DNA of 64,000 nt from contig CACMLX010000004.1 in NCBI GenBank assembly GCA_902614655.1, positions 2,930 through 66,929 on the forward strand, written 5' to 3'. The notes under the pieces are model-generated. The model did not search any database, was not told where the DNA came from, and saw only the letters and a program-made list of their open reading frames with translations. Position numbers and translations under genes: made by a program. Below are positions 32,102-43,051 of this stretch, one piece after another. The DNA comes from an uncultured Pelagibacteraceae bacterium (lineage in GTDB: Bacteria; Pseudomonadota; Alphaproteobacteria; Pelagibacterales; AG-422-B15). The first letter of the stretch is position 1. Every line of letters begins with the position of its first letter.

Positions 32102-34510
32102 TCAGTGTGTTATAGGATTATCCACATCTTGATCAGCATCATCTTCAGATATATCGCTAGAAGACTTAGGTGAATCCTCTTCGTCCCACTCAATAGGCAG
32201 GAGAGGCTTTGTCAAAGCTATTTTTAAGACCTCATCAACATTATCAACAAATATTAGTTCCAGTCCATCTTTTACATTATCTGGTATATCAGCCATGTCT
32301 TTTTCATTTTCCTTTGGAATTATAACTGTTTTTGTTCCAGCTCTGAGAGCGGCTAATAGTTTTTCTTTTAAACCACCAATCCCAAGTGCCTTTCCACGAA
32401 GTGTCACTTCACCTGTCATAGCAATATCTTTTCTAACGGGTATACCTGTCAATACTGAAACAATGGATGTAACCATACCCAAGCCAGCGGATGGACCATC
32501 TTTTGGAATTGCACCTTCTGGTACATGAATATGAATATCACGTATCGGAAAAATAGTTGGTTTTATTCCAAACTCAATACATCTTGAACGAACATAGGAT
32601 TTTGCGGCTTGAATAGACTCTTTCATTACATCACCTAATTTTCCAGTAATAGTCATGCGACCTTTTCCAGGCATTATAACAGACTCTATTGGCAATATAT
32701 CGCCACCAACTTCTGTCCAAGCAAGTCCTGTAACTATCCCAACCTGGTCGTCGTTATCAATTTCGCCAAATTTAAATTTTCTAACACCTGCAAACTCATG
32801 CAGGTTATCTTCATTGATTGTTAGTGATCCAATGTCACCTGCTACAATTTTTTTAACTGTTTTGCGAGCAAGATTAGCGAGTTCTCTTTCTAAACTCCTT
32901 ACACCTGCTTCCCTAGTATAATATCTTATTAATCCAGTTATCGCACTATCGTCCAGTATAAGCTCACCACTCTTTAAGCCATGCTTCTCTAACATCTGTG
33001 GTGCTAAATGTTGTTTTACAATTTCTACTTTTTCATCTTCTGTGTAGCCTGCAATTCTAATAATTTCCATTCTGTCTAAAAGTGCAGGAGGCATTCTTAA
33101 CGTATTAGCAGTTGTAATAAACATTGTGTCGGACAAGTCATAATCAACTTCTAGATAGTGATCGTTAAATGAATTATTTTGCTCTGGATCAAGCACTTCC
33201 AATAAAGCTGACGAAGGATCACCTCTGTAATCAGCGCCTAACTTATCTATTTCATCTAATAGAAATAATGGATTAGACGATCCTGCTTTTTTCATCATTT
33301 GTAGAACCTTTCCTGGCAGAGATCCTATGTAAGTTCTTCTGTGTCCTCGAATCTCAGCTTCATCTCTCACTCCTCCGAGTGACATTCTTACAAATTTTCT
33401 TCCCGTAGCTCTAGCAATCGATTTACCCAATGACGTTTTACCTACGCCTGGAGCTCCAACTAAACATAAAATTGGACCTTTCATTTTCCTTATTCTTTGC
33501 TGAACGGCCAAGTATTCTAGTATTCTCTCTTTAACTTTTTCAAGGCCATAGTGATCTTCATTGAGAACACTCTCTGCGAAATTGATATCTTTTTTAACTT
33601 TTGTCTTTTTGCCCCATGGTATTGTTAATATCCAATCTAAATAATTTCTTATAACACTGGATTCAGCAGACATTGGACTCATTGATTTCAATTTTTTAAT
33701 TTCTGAGTAGCACTTTTCTTTTGCTTCTTTTGAAAGCTTAGTACTCTCAATTTTCTCCTCATACTCCTGAATATCGTCTTTACCATCATCGCCTTCTCCA
33801 AGCTCCTTTTGGATGGCTTTCATTTGCTCATTTAGATAATATTCCCTTTGAGTTTTCTCCATTTGATTTTTTACACGACCTCTAATCTTTTTTTCAACCT
33901 GCATAACATCGAGTTCGGCTTGAATAAAATTCATTATTTTATCAAATCTTTCAGTAAGGTCGATTGCTTCTAATATATCTTGTTTATCAGACAACTTAAT
34001 TGACAGGTGTGATGCAATTGTGTCACTCAACTTAGCTAAATCATCAATTTCATTAATTGTTCCAAGTACTTCAGGAGGAATTTTTTTATTTAAATTTACA
34101 TATTTATCAAAAAGATCTGTTATTGATTTAGATAGTGCTCTTAATTTTTTATCTGAGCTATCATTGTTCTCATCAATAAGATCAATGTTGGAAACTAGAT
34201 AGTCCTCATTATCAGTAAACATGTTAATTGAAGCTCTTTGAAGTCCCTCGACAAGTACTTTAACTGTACCGTCAGGTAATTTTAATAACTGTAAAACATT
34301 TGCAATTGTTCCAAAGTCAAAAAGGTCATCTTTTTTTGGATCATCCACGGAAGCACTTTTTTGAGTGATGAGCATAATGCGTTTATCACCAGCCATGACT
34401 TTTTCTAGCGCCTTTACCGACTTATCTCTACCAACAAACAATGGAACCACCATATGAGGAAACACAACTATATCTCTTAATGGTAAAACTGGAATGTTAT
34501 TTTCAATCAT
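32102..34510 (-). CDS. lon: Lon protease
   Basis: PVLPLRD, GAPGVGKT, PKDGPSAG, IGGLKEK. Confidence 0.98.
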   Translation of the reverse strand: MIENNIPVLPLRDIVVFPHMVVPLFVGRDKSVKALEKVMAGDKRIMLITQKSASVDDPKKDDLFDFGTIANVLQLLKLPDGTVKVLVEGLQRASINMFTDNEDYLVSNIDLIDENNDSSDKKLRALSKSITDLFDKYVNLNKKIPPEVLGTINEIDDLAKLSDTIASHLSIKLSDKQDILEAIDLTERFDKIMNFIQAELDVMQVEKKIRGRVKNQMEKTQREYYLNEQMKAIQKELGEGDDGKDDIQEYEEKIESTKLSKEAKEKCYSEIKKLKSMSPMSAESSVIRNYLDWILTIPWGKKTKVKKDINFAESVLNEDHYGLEKVKERILEYLAVQQRIRKMKGPILCLVGAPGVGKTSLGKSIARATGRKFVRMSLGGVRDEAEIRGHRRTYIGSLPGKVLQMMKKAGSSNPLFLLDEIDKLGADYRGDPSSALLEVLDPEQNNSFNDHYLEVDYDLSDTMFITTANTLRMPPALLDRMEIIRIAGYTEDEKVEIVKQHLAPQMLEKHGLKSGELILDDSAITGLIRYYTREAGVRSLERELANLARKTVKKIVAGDIGSLTINEDNLHEFAGVRKFKFGEIDNDDQVGIVTGLAWTEVGGDILPIESVIMPGKGRMTITGKLGDVMKESIQAAKSYVRSRCIEFGIKPTIFPIRDIHIHVPEGAIPKDGPSAGLGMVTSIVSVLTGIPVRKDIAMTGEVTLRGKALGIGGLKEKLLAALRAGTKTVIIPKENEKDMADIPDNVKDGLELIFVDNVDEVLKIALTKPLLPIEWDEEDSPKSSSDISEDDADQDVDNPITH

Positions 34511-34589
34511 ATTCTACTCGATAATCCTTTTATCAATAAGATGACCAATACTAAAACTAGTAAAGTTATTTATTTTTCTACTACTCTTT

Positions 34590-34617
34590 AAATGTGTATA
34601 AATTCCTAATTTTCAAG
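34590..34617 (-). promoter_or_regulatory. Putative sigma-32 (RpoH) promoter of lon
   Basis: CTTGAA-N14-ACACATTT versus consensus CTTGAA-N13/14-CCCCATNT, upstream of a heat-shock protease. Confidence 0.6.
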
Positions 34618-34635
34618 GAATAAAGGATTTGCGGG

Positions 34636-35904
34636 CTAAGCGCTTGTTTCTGAAGCTTTTTTACCGTCTGTGTAAGTGTAGAGCGGACGAGCACGGCCCT
34701 CTGCGACTTCAGCATTAATCACGACCTCTTCAACGCCTTCAAGGGATGGTAATTCAAACATAGTATCGAGCAAGATACTTTCTAGTATAGACCTAAGTCC
34801 TCTTGCGCCTGTTTTTCTCTCAATTGCTTTTTTTGCGATAACGCTGAGAGCTTCATTTGAAAGTATTAGTTTAACATCTTCCATGTTAAATAATGTTTGA
34901 TATTGTTTCACCAGTGCATTTTTAGGTTCTTGAAGAATTTTTACTAGTGACTCTTCGTCTAAGTCTGTGAGAGTTGTGACAATAGGTAGTCTTCCTACAA
35001 ATTCTGGTATCAGCCCATAACTCAACAAATCTTCAGGCTCCAAATGTTTTAAACTGTTCCCTCCAGATTTCTCTTCGTAGCTTTTCACATTTGCTTGAAA
35101 TCCAATACCTGACCCTTTTGATCTTTTGTTAATTATTTTATCTAACCCAGAAAAAGCTCCGCCACATATAAATAAAATATTTGTCGTATCCACTTGTAAA
35201 AATTCTTGCTGTGGATGTTTTCTTCCACCTTGTGGTGGTACACTAGCAACAGTTCCTTCCATTATTTTAAGCAATGCTTGTTGAACACCTTCACCTGAAA
35301 CATCTCTCGTAATTGATGGGTTTTCAGATTTTCTGCTAACTTTGTCAATTTCATCAATATAAACTATGCCTCTCTGTGCTCTTTCAACATTATAGTCAGA
35401 TGCCTGTAATAATTTTAAAATGATGTTCTCAACATCTTCTCCAACATATCCAGCCTCAGTAAGAGTTGTGGCATCTGCCATTGTAAATGGTACATCTAAA
35501 ATACGTGCTAGAGTTTGAGCCAATAAAGTTTTACCACAGCCAGTAGGTCCAATTAAGAGAATGTTTGATTTCGATAACTCTACATCTGACTTGAAATTGG
35601 AATGTTCAATTCTTTTATAATGATTATGCACAGCTACAGACAAATTGTACTTGGCATCTTTTTGTCCTATTACGAAGTCATCTAAAGTTGCACAGATTTC
35701 TTTAGGAGTTGGAATTCTACTTGATGATTTTGCCTTAGTCTCCTTATTCTCTTCTTGAATAATATCGTTACACAACTCAACGCACTCATCACATATGAAT
35801 ACAGTTGGCCCTGCAATCAACTTCTTTACTTCATGCTGACTCTTGCCACAAAAAGAGCAATAGAGCGTGTTCTTGCTTTTACTATCGTTATTATTTTCAC
35901 TCAT
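34636..35904 (-). CDS. clpX: ATP-dependent Clp protease ATPase ClpX
   Basis: CSFCGK Zn finger, [11 protein letters not shown] and IGF loops, GARGLR. Confidence 0.98.
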   Translation of the reverse strand: MSENNNDSKSKNTLYCSFCGKSQHEVKKLIAGPTVFICDECVELCNDIIQEENKETKAKSSSRIPTPKEICATLDDFVIGQKDAKYNLSVAVHNHYKRIEHSNFKSDVELSKSNILLIGPTGCGKTLLAQTLARILDVPFTMADATTLTEAGYVGEDVENIILKLLQASDYNVERAQRGIVYIDEIDKVSRKSENPSITRDVSGEGVQQALLKIMEGTVASVPPQGGRKHPQQEFLQVDTTNILFICGGAFSGLDKIINKRSKGSGIGFQANVKSYEEKSGGNSLKHLEPEDLLSYGLIPEFVGRLPIVTTLTDLDEESLVKILQEPKNALVKQYQTLFNMEDVKLILSNEALSVIAKKAIERKTGARGLRSILESILLDTMFELPSLEGVEEVVINAEVAEGRARPLYTYTDGKKASETSA

Positions 35905-36025
35905 AATTCAATTTTTTTACAATCTTCGAATCAATAATTATTAAGAAAAACATTTCTGTAGAAAAAAAACAATTAATTTTAAAAAAAAGTGTTTATAAAC
36001 AGTGGATTAAATTGACTATTTGAGG

Positions 36026-36649
36026 CTATTTCTCAGTTTTTGGCTCAACTCTTTTTTCCTGAATGCTATCAATTATGCCAAATTTCTGAGCCTCTTCTGG
36101 TGACATGAAGTTATCTCTTTCTAGCGCCTCTTCGATTGTTTCAATGGGTTGGCCTGTATGTTTTGCGTAAATTTTGTTTAAATTTGCTTTCATTGCCAAT
36201 ACCTCTTTCGCATGAATTTCTATATCAGTTGCTTGACCTTGAAAGCCAGCAGATGGCTGGTGCACCATTATGCGGCTATTAGGTAAAGCATATCTTTTTC
36301 CTTTTTCACCTGCTGCAAGTAAGAATGAGCCCATTGAAGCAGCCTGTCCAAAACAAAGAGTTGTGACTGGAGACTGTATGAATTGCATTGTGTCGTAAAT
36401 TGCCAATCCATCACTTACAACTCCTCCAGGTGAATTTATATATAATGATATCTCTTTTTCGGGATTTTCAGATTCAAGAAATAAAAGCTGAGCAGAAACT
36501 AAAGAGGCCATATGATCGTTAACTGGCCCAACTAAAAATATTATTCTTTCCTTTAATAATCTTGAATAAATATCAAAAGCACGTTCCCCTCTTCCCGTTT
36601 GTTCAACGACCATTGGAACCAATTGATCAAAAATTTTATTATCAATCAT
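36026..36649 (-). CDS. clpP: Clp protease proteolytic subunit
   Basis: [27 protein letters not shown]. Confidence 0.98.
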   Translation of the reverse strand: MIDNKIFDQLVPMVVEQTGRGERAFDIYSRLLKERIIFLVGPVNDHMASLVSAQLLFLESENPEKEISLYINSPGGVVSDGLAIYDTMQFIQSPVTTLCFGQAASMGSFLLAAGEKGKRYALPNSRIMVHQPSAGFQGQATDIEIHAKEVLAMKANLNKIYAKHTGQPIETIEEALERDNFMSPEEAQKFGIIDSIQEKRVEPKTEK

Positions 36650-36651
36650 TA

Positions 36652-38067
36652 TTATTTCTTAGTTTTTTTCTTAACTGTCTTTTTCTTTGCCACTTTTTTC
36701 TTCACTTCAGTCTTTTCAACTGAATTGACGTTATTATACATTTTGATAAACGAATCAACATCAACATCCTTTTTTTTCAATTTAACCTTCGAAAGTATAA
36801 AGTCTACAATTTTATTTTCATATAAAGGAGCTTGAAGTTGCATCGCTGCATCCTGATTATTTCTATAATAATCAATAACTTTTTGTTCTTGTCCTTTAAA
36901 ATTGCTTGCATATTCAAAAAGGGCTTTATTCATCTCTTCTGGCGTCACTGAGATTTCATTTACTTTCCCAACCTCTTGAAGAATTAAGCCCAGTTCAATT
37001 CTATTTTTTGCATCTTCCTTAAATTTAGCCTCATTATCAGAAGTCAATTTTTTATCTTTGATTTCCTTTTGATGATCAATCGATGATGGACTTTGTGAAT
37101 TTAAATAATTTGCAGATAAGTTCTGAAATTCAACATTTATAAGATCTTCAGGTAACTCAAATTTGTGCGCTGACTGGAGCTTTTCAAAAAGTACTTTTTT
37201 ATCAAGATTTTTTGTTAGATCTGAGTACTCACTTTGCATTTGATTTTCGACCTTACTTTTTAGATCCTTTAAATCAGTTGCACCCATTGATTTTGCCAAT
37301 TCATCATCTACCTTTGACTCAACGGGTGAACTTATTTTTTTAATATTGCAATCAAACACAGCATCAGCATTTTGTAACTCTTTTGCTGAATAATCTTCAG
37401 GAAACTTGACGTTTATCTTTTTGCTATCTCCACTCTTTAGACCCACAAGGCCATCTTCTAAATCCTTTATGTATCGTCCAGAGCCAATTACAATTGTCTG
37501 ACTTTCTGCTTTACCTCCATCAAAATTCTTACCATCGATGGTTCCTTCATAATCTAATAAGACAGAGTCCTCTTTCTTAGCTTTATAACCACTACCTTGC
37601 TCTTTATATGTTCTTTGAGATTTGGCAATTAAGTCTATTCGTTTATCAATTTCTTTTTTATCAAGCTTTACCAAAGTTGACTCAATTTCGATTTTACTAA
37701 AGTCGGCTAATTTTATTTCTGGAAAAACTTCAAACTCAATTTTAAACGTTTTATCAACATCTTTTTTTTCTTGTTCCTTATCTTTGTAATCAACCTTCGG
37801 TTGAGAAACAGGACGATGCTTTCCTTCTTGTATTATTTTTGAGACATTTTCATTTATTACAGAATTCAAAACTTCATTATTAATCGCATCACCATGTTTT
37901 TGCATAATAATATTATTTGGAACTTTACCTGGTCTAAAGCCATCAATTTTTAATGATTTTTTTACTTCCTCAATTTTTGACTCTAGCTTTGTGTTAAAAT
38001 CTGCAGATGCAATCGTGAACTCATAAGCTCTTTTCAAACCTTTATTTAATACTTCTTTATAATTCAT
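36652..38067 (-). CDS. tig: Trigger factor
   Basis: GFRPGKVP signature, FKBP domain; tig-clpP-clpX-lon synteny. Confidence 0.96.
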   Translation of the reverse strand: MNYKEVLNKGLKRAYEFTIASADFNTKLESKIEEVKKSLKIDGFRPGKVPNNIIMQKHGDAINNEVLNSVINENVSKIIQEGKHRPVSQPKVDYKDKEQEKKDVDKTFKIEFEVFPEIKLADFSKIEIESTLVKLDKKEIDKRIDLIAKSQRTYKEQGSGYKAKKEDSVLLDYEGTIDGKNFDGGKAESQTIVIGSGRYIKDLEDGLVGLKSGDSKKINVKFPEDYSAKELQNADAVFDCNIKKISSPVESKVDDELAKSMGATDLKDLKSKVENQMQSEYSDLTKNLDKKVLFEKLQSAHKFELPEDLINVEFQNLSANYLNSQSPSSIDHQKEIKDKKLTSDNEAKFKEDAKNRIELGLILQEVGKVNEISVTPEEMNKALFEYASNFKGQEQKVIDYYRNNQDAAMQLQAPLYENKIVDFILSKVKLKKKDVDVDSFIKMYNNVNSVEKTEVKKKVAKKKTVKKKTKK

Positions 38068-38088
38068 ATTATCTTCTTACTAACAAAT

Positions 38089-38173
38089 TGGTGCGGATAG
38101 AGGGACTCGAACCCCCATGAGTTGCCTCACTGGTACCTAAAACCAGCGTGTCTACCAATTCCACCATATCCGC
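38089..38173 (-). tRNA. tRNA-Leu(TAG)
   Basis: GCGGATATGGTGGAATTGGTAGACAC...TTTAGGT...long variable arm...GTTCGAGTCCCTCTATCCGCACCA. Confidence 0.96.
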
Positions 38174-38259
38174 GATTAATAGAAAATGCAAAATAGACTA
38201 TTTTTTAGATGTTTACAGTAAAATATTACAATTTGATGCTATAGTTTTGACCGTTAATT

Positions 38260-39201
38260 ATGAGAAAAAATATTGTGTTTTTAGATAGGTCCACTTTTCC
38301 TTCTAATATTATATTTCCAAAACTTGATTTTAATCACAAGTGGAAAAACCATAATTTTACAAAGGTGAAGGAAGTCAAAAAAAGGATTGAGAAAGCACAT
38401 ATAGTTGTTACCAACAAAATTGAACTAAATAAAAATAATTTATCTAATGCAAACAATTTAGAACTCATTGCGATAACTGCAACGGGAACGAATATAATAG
38501 ACCTAGAGTACTGCAGAAAACACAATATCTCTATATGCAATCTAAGAGACTATGCTTCTATTTCGGTTGCTGAGCACGTTTTAACTCTCATGCTTACGCT
38601 TTCTAAAAATATTAAAGGTCTTGAGAAAGATATAGGCAAGAGGCTTTGGCAAAAAAGAAAGGTGTTTGCATTACTTAGTAGAGATATAAATGACCTGTAT
38701 GGCAAAAAATTGGGCATCATTGGAAAAGGTTCAATCGGCATGAAAGTTGGGAGAATAGCTAAAGCATTTGGAATGAATGTTAATTATTTTTCGGTTAGAA
38801 ATTATAAAAAAACACAATTTTTAAAATTCTTGTCGTCGATTGATTATTTGTCTATTCATTGCCCTTTGAATGAGAAAACAAAAAATCTAATAACAATTAA
38901 AGAATTAAAAATAATGAAAAAAAATATGATCTTAATTAATACTGCCAGGGGTGGCATAGTTAATGAAAATGATCTGACAAAAGCATTAAAACAAAAAATC
39001 ATTGCAGGAGCTGGGGTTGATGTCACAACTAGTGAACCTCCAAAAAAATCTCACGCTTATTATAGCATATTAAATGAAGCAAATTTCATTTGGACACCTC
39101 ATACTGCATGGGCATCAAATGAAACCTTGCAAGAAGCAATCAATCAATTAATAAAGAATATAAATTCTTTTTATAAAGGCAGAAAAAGAAATATCGTTTA
39201 A
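38260..39201 (+). CDS. D-2-hydroxyacid dehydrogenase (glycerate dehydrogenase/hydroxypyruvate reductase-like)
   Basis: ATGTN, GKGSIG, HCPL, INTARG, EPP, TPHTAW. Confidence 0.85.
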   Translation: MRKNIVFLDRSTFPSNIIFPKLDFNHKWKNHNFTKVKEVKKRIEKAHIVVTNKIELNKNNLSNANNLELIAITATGTNIIDLEYCRKHNISICNLRDYASISVAEHVLTLMLTLSKNIKGLEKDIGKRLWQKRKVFALLSRDINDLYGKKLGIIGKGSIGMKVGRIAKAFGMNVNYFSVRNYKKTQFLKFLSSIDYLSIHCPLNEKTKNLITIKELKIMKKNMILINTARGGIVNENDLTKALKQKIIAGAGVDVTTSEPPKKSHAYYSILNEANFIWTPHTAWASNETLQEAINQLIKNINSFYKGRKRNIV

Positions 39202-39332
39202 GGCTTTTTTATTCCGGCACACTTTTTTGAACAGTATATTACTCTGTCCCAGTTCAATCTCCATTTTTTTCTCCAGTTGAAAGGGCGATTACAAACTGGG
39301 CATATTTTAGATGGCAAGTTTTCTTTTTTCAT
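39198..39332 (-). CDS. DUF2256-family 44-aa Cys/Trp-rich protein (not in ORF track)
   Basis: Hand translation MKKENLPSKICPVCNRPFNWRKKWRLNWDRVIYCSKKCAGIKKP*, matching the recalled LPxKxCxVCxRPFxWRKKW...YCSxxC pattern. Confidence 0.9.
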   Translation of the reverse strand: MKKENLPSKICPVCNRPFNWRKKWRLNWDRVIYCSKKCAGIKKP

Positions 39333-39351
39333 GATCTAATTATTAAATAAT

Positions 39352-39570
39352 ATGAAATTGTTTCAAGTCCATACAGGTTTTTATGATCCTAATATTTCAG
39401 ATGGCTTTTACGAAGGACACACTAATATTTTTGTCTGTGCGAATGATGAAAAAGAAGCTCGAGAAAAAGTGAAAGAAAAAGAAGAATATAAGAAATTTAA
39501 GATGCACATCGATGGCATACAGGAAATAACTATCGTGGATGACTATAAAGTTGAGCTAAATAAAATTTAG
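39352..39570 (+). CDS. Small protein, DUF1543-like
   Basis: KLFxVxxGxYDP...E.H...A...HIDxIxE...VDxYxV pattern. Confidence 0.65.
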   Translation: MKLFQVHTGFYDPNISDGFYEGHTNIFVCANDEKEAREKVKEKEEYKKFKMHIDGIQEITIVDDYKVELNKI

Positions 39571-41411
39571 GCTCTAGTGCACTTACCGCTCATAAAGGTT
39601 CTATAAATTTCATCCACTTCCTCGTCAGTAAGAGTTGTTCTATTAAACATTTTATCAATTATATTGCACTTTTGATCAACAGTTATGCTCTCACTAGATA
39701 TTCCTTGAAGAATTGAATTTGCCGATAAGGTATTATTAAACATTGCAATGCCCTTATCGTTAACAGAGTCAAATACGATAAACCTTTCGTTGTTATTTAA
39801 TTTATGCCATGGTTCCCACTCGGTAGACATATCATATGGGACTCTATTTGGATTCCCATCGTAAGCAAAATTTACCCAATATTGTCCCATTTTTGTAGAG
39901 AGCTCTAAATCAGTGGACCTGTTATTTTTATTATACATTATGTCATTTATTGCATCAGAGCTCTCGCCTAATAAACCATCTGATTTAAAAATAAATGCTA
40001 ACTCCATTCCATGTGCAGCTCCTAGTAGATTGGGCAAATCAACACCTAAATAGACATTTTGTTCATCCCAATCAAATCGATAAGCATAAACATTTGATTT
40101 TTTGTAATTTGATGTAAAGTCTGAAGGTAGGTCTACTGCCCCATATTTCCATGACTCTGCCATGTATTTAGCGTAGATATCATAATACTTTGGATCTTTG
40201 GGTTTTACATATAAATCAAGATATTCTGAGATTGGACTTAAAAAAGATAATGGCCTATTTACATATTCATCGTTCATAAACATAAACAGTTTATCTTCAT
40301 CTCGTGTCGAACCAAATATCATGGGTTTATCGTACATTTCCCCATCCCTATAAGCGCCATAAATTCCCTTATTTGGGATTACTACTCCATCAGGTATTAC
40401 ATTTGGAACATCAATTAATCCAGCTGCATCAGGTCTTGGCCTATAATATGATATAATATCGTTTGCATCTGCAGTTCTTAAAAGGTCAACAGAAAGAATC
40501 TGATTGCTCATGAAATTTGAAATTTCCTCATCAGATATTGATGTATTCTTTGATTTAATTAAGTGTCTTAATAAACTTTTTGATCCCGCTCTTTCATTAT
40601 TTTCTGCGAACTCTAGAGAGTCTGAGCCGAGATAACCACTTTGAGAAATTCCTCTTTGAAATAAGTCTTCACTTAAGGGTGAAGTCATAAGTGAAATTAC
40701 ATTTCTTGCTCCAGCAGACTCACCAAATATGGTAATATTATTTGGGTCACCATTAAAATTTGAAATATTCTCATTAACCCACTCAAGTGATTTTATAATA
40801 TCGAGAGTTCCAAAATTTGCACTTTGATCAAGTTCATTATTTGAGTCTTCATTTAGACCGCTGAAGGCAAACCATCCAAAAGGGCCTAATCTATAGTTTG
40901 TTGTGACTAAAATTACATCATGTTCCATTATGAAATCGCCTGAAGTATACAAGTTTGAAGCTGAATAACCCCACGTATTTCCACCTCCGTGTATCCAAAA
41001 CATGACTGGCAATTTCTTTTTACTATTGTATGCCTTTTCTGACAGATAAATATTTAAATAAAGACAGTCCTCAGATCCAATTATTGAACCTCCCTCAATG
41101 CCATCCATTGAGTCATAAAAATTACTAACTTGCATGCACCTATTAGGTAATGTTGTGGCTTCAAATGTATCGGGCAGCTGCTCCAATTCTCTGGGAGCTC
41201 TCCATCTTAATTCATCAACTGGAGGCTTTGCAAAGGGAATACCGACAAAAGAAATAGTTTTTAAACCATCTTTTTCTTTTGCTACTGATCCAATGAAATC
41301 AGTGTTTTTGGATTTAAATATATATATCTGGTCTTCTGCAAAACTTATATTCAAACAAAGTGTAAGAAAAAGAATTAGAAGTAATGATATCTTATTAATT
41401 TTCCTGAACAT
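39567..41411 (-). CDS. Secreted type-B carboxylesterase
   Basis: Signal peptide; GIPFAKPP, SEDCLYLN, WIHGGG, GESAG nucleophile, AAHGME His. Confidence 0.92.
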   Translation of the reverse strand: MFRKINKISLLLILFLTLCLNISFAEDQIYIFKSKNTDFIGSVAKEKDGLKTISFVGIPFAKPPVDELRWRAPRELEQLPDTFEATTLPNRCMQVSNFYDSMDGIEGGSIIGSEDCLYLNIYLSEKAYNSKKKLPVMFWIHGGGNTWGYSASNLYTSGDFIMEHDVILVTTNYRLGPFGWFAFSGLNEDSNNELDQSANFGTLDIIKSLEWVNENISNFNGDPNNITIFGESAGARNVISLMTSPLSEDLFQRGISQSGYLGSDSLEFAENNERAGSKSLLRHLIKSKNTSISDEEISNFMSNQILSVDLLRTADANDIISYYRPRPDAAGLIDVPNVIPDGVVIPNKGIYGAYRDGEMYDKPMIFGSTRDEDKLFMFMNDEYVNRPLSFLSPISEYLDLYVKPKDPKYYDIYAKYMAESWKYGAVDLPSDFTSNYKKSNVYAYRFDWDEQNVYLGVDLPNLLGAAHGMELAFIFKSDGLLGESSDAINDIMYNKNNRSTDLELSTKMGQYWVNFAYDGNPNRVPYDMSTEWEPWHKLNNNERFIVFDSVNDKGIAMFNNTLSANSILQGISSESITVDQKCNIIDKMFNRTTLTDEEVDEIYRTFMSGKCTRA

Positions 41412-42879
41412 ACGAATGCAGCTTTTTAATCATCAGGGGAATGTTGTCAATAAGATCCTCTGCAATTAGCCCGGGACCTATCATTTCTCCAAGTTTTGAG
41501 TGAATATATGCTCCAGCGCAAGTCGCATCAAAAGCATTCATCTTATTATCTCCAACAAGTGAAGCGATGATTCCAGCAAGAACATCACCTGATCCTGCGG
41601 TTGCTAGATATGGAGCTTCGCTTGCATTTATTACAACATTACCTTCAGGGTCAGCAATAACTGTATCAGCGCCTTTTAGTAAAACTATACTTCCTGCTAA
41701 TTTGGCTGCCTCAACACACTTGAGTACTTTATCTTCCATTAACGCAATACCTTCACCAAATAATCTTTTAAATTCACCTTCATGAGGTGTGAGTATTGTA
41801 TGCGGATAAGTATCTATAAATAATTCTTCTGGATTATTTTCAAAACATGTAATTGCGTCTGCATCAATTACACAATGATCCACAAAAGCCAGTGCCATTA
41901 AAGTTCTTGCTTTTGTTTCATCATTTACTCCATTTCCAGGACCTATGAGGACACTTGAAACTCTTTTGTCTTTTAAAAGTTTTTGAAAATCGTTTTTTTC
42001 TTTTATCACTGATAGTAATTCAACTGAGATTTGTGGTTCTAATATTTTTGCTGTTTCTTCATCGCAGACCATTGTTACTGCTCCTGCCCCAACGCGCATA
42101 GCTGATCGACCAGCTAATCGAGCTGCTCCAGTTTGAAATTGAGGACCAGTATTAATTACAAGCATTCCTCTTGAATATTTATGATCACTTGAAACTGGAA
42201 ATGGAAAATTCTTAATCCATAATGATGGATCATTTTTTTTTATATTCGGCATAATTTTATCTAATACGTTTTTTTTAATTCCAATATCCTCAACTACTAT
42301 TTCTCCACAATATTTTTTTCCAGGGTACAAATAATGACATTTTTTTTTATTAAAAAAAGTAATTGTTTTTGAAGCTTTAAAAGCTTCTCCAAGAACAGCA
42401 GATGTATCGCCATTAATGCCAGATGGAATATCTACGGAGAAAACATCTAATTTAGATTGATTAATTTTACTAACCAAAGAACTTAAATCATCTGACATTG
42501 TCCTTGATAACCCTGTACCAAACAAAGCATCTACTACATAACAATAATTTGATAAACTTCTAATTTTGGAAACAAATAATGATTTATTAAGTTTTTGTTT
42601 ATAATGTAAATTGTCATTACTTTCCTTGGCTTTACTAATAGGGCAATAAATATCAATTTCCATACCTTGCTTTAAAATAAGGTCAGCTGCAACATAGCCA
42701 TCGCCACCGTTATTTCCTGGACCACAAATAAAGAGCGCCCTTTTACCTCTTTGGACAGGAAGATTGTTGAAAACTTTCTTTCCTGCGTTAAACATCAGAC
42801 CCAAACTAGAAATACCAGATTCAATAGTTAAAAGGTCGGCCTTTGCCATTTCTTTATTACTAAGGATGTATTGAGTCAT
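41395..42879 (-). CDS. nnr: Bifunctional NAD(P)HX epimerase/dehydratase
   Basis: GPGNNGGDG, DALFGTG, HKYSRG, TPHEGEF, ATAGSGDVLAG. Confidence 0.95.
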   Translation of the reverse strand: MTQYILSNKEMAKADLLTIESGISSLGLMFNAGKKVFNNLPVQRGKRALFICGPGNNGGDGYVAADLILKQGMEIDIYCPISKAKESNDNLHYKQKLNKSLFVSKIRSLSNYCYVVDALFGTGLSRTMSDDLSSLVSKINQSKLDVFSVDIPSGINGDTSAVLGEAFKASKTITFFNKKKCHYLYPGKKYCGEIVVEDIGIKKNVLDKIMPNIKKNDPSLWIKNFPFPVSSDHKYSRGMLVINTGPQFQTGAARLAGRSAMRVGAGAVTMVCDEETAKILEPQISVELLSVIKEKNDFQKLLKDKRVSSVLIGPGNGVNDETKARTLMALAFVDHCVIDADAITCFENNPEELFIDTYPHTILTPHEGEFKRLFGEGIALMEDKVLKCVEAAKLAGSIVLLKGADTVIADPEGNVVINASEAPYLATAGSGDVLAGIIASLVGDNKMNAFDATCAGAYIHSKLGEMIGPGLIAEDLIDNIPLMIKKLHSYVQEN

Positions 42880-43051
42880 TTATTAGAAATCGCCTATAAG
42901 TGCATGTTTTAAATAAAGATATGTAAAATTTACCTCTACTTATAATTAAATCTATATGTCAATTTGGCATAAAAACATTATATATACATTCTATCATTAA
43001 TTTTAACTTCTTTCAGAAAATTAATGTATAAAACTTAAGAGTTAACTCATA

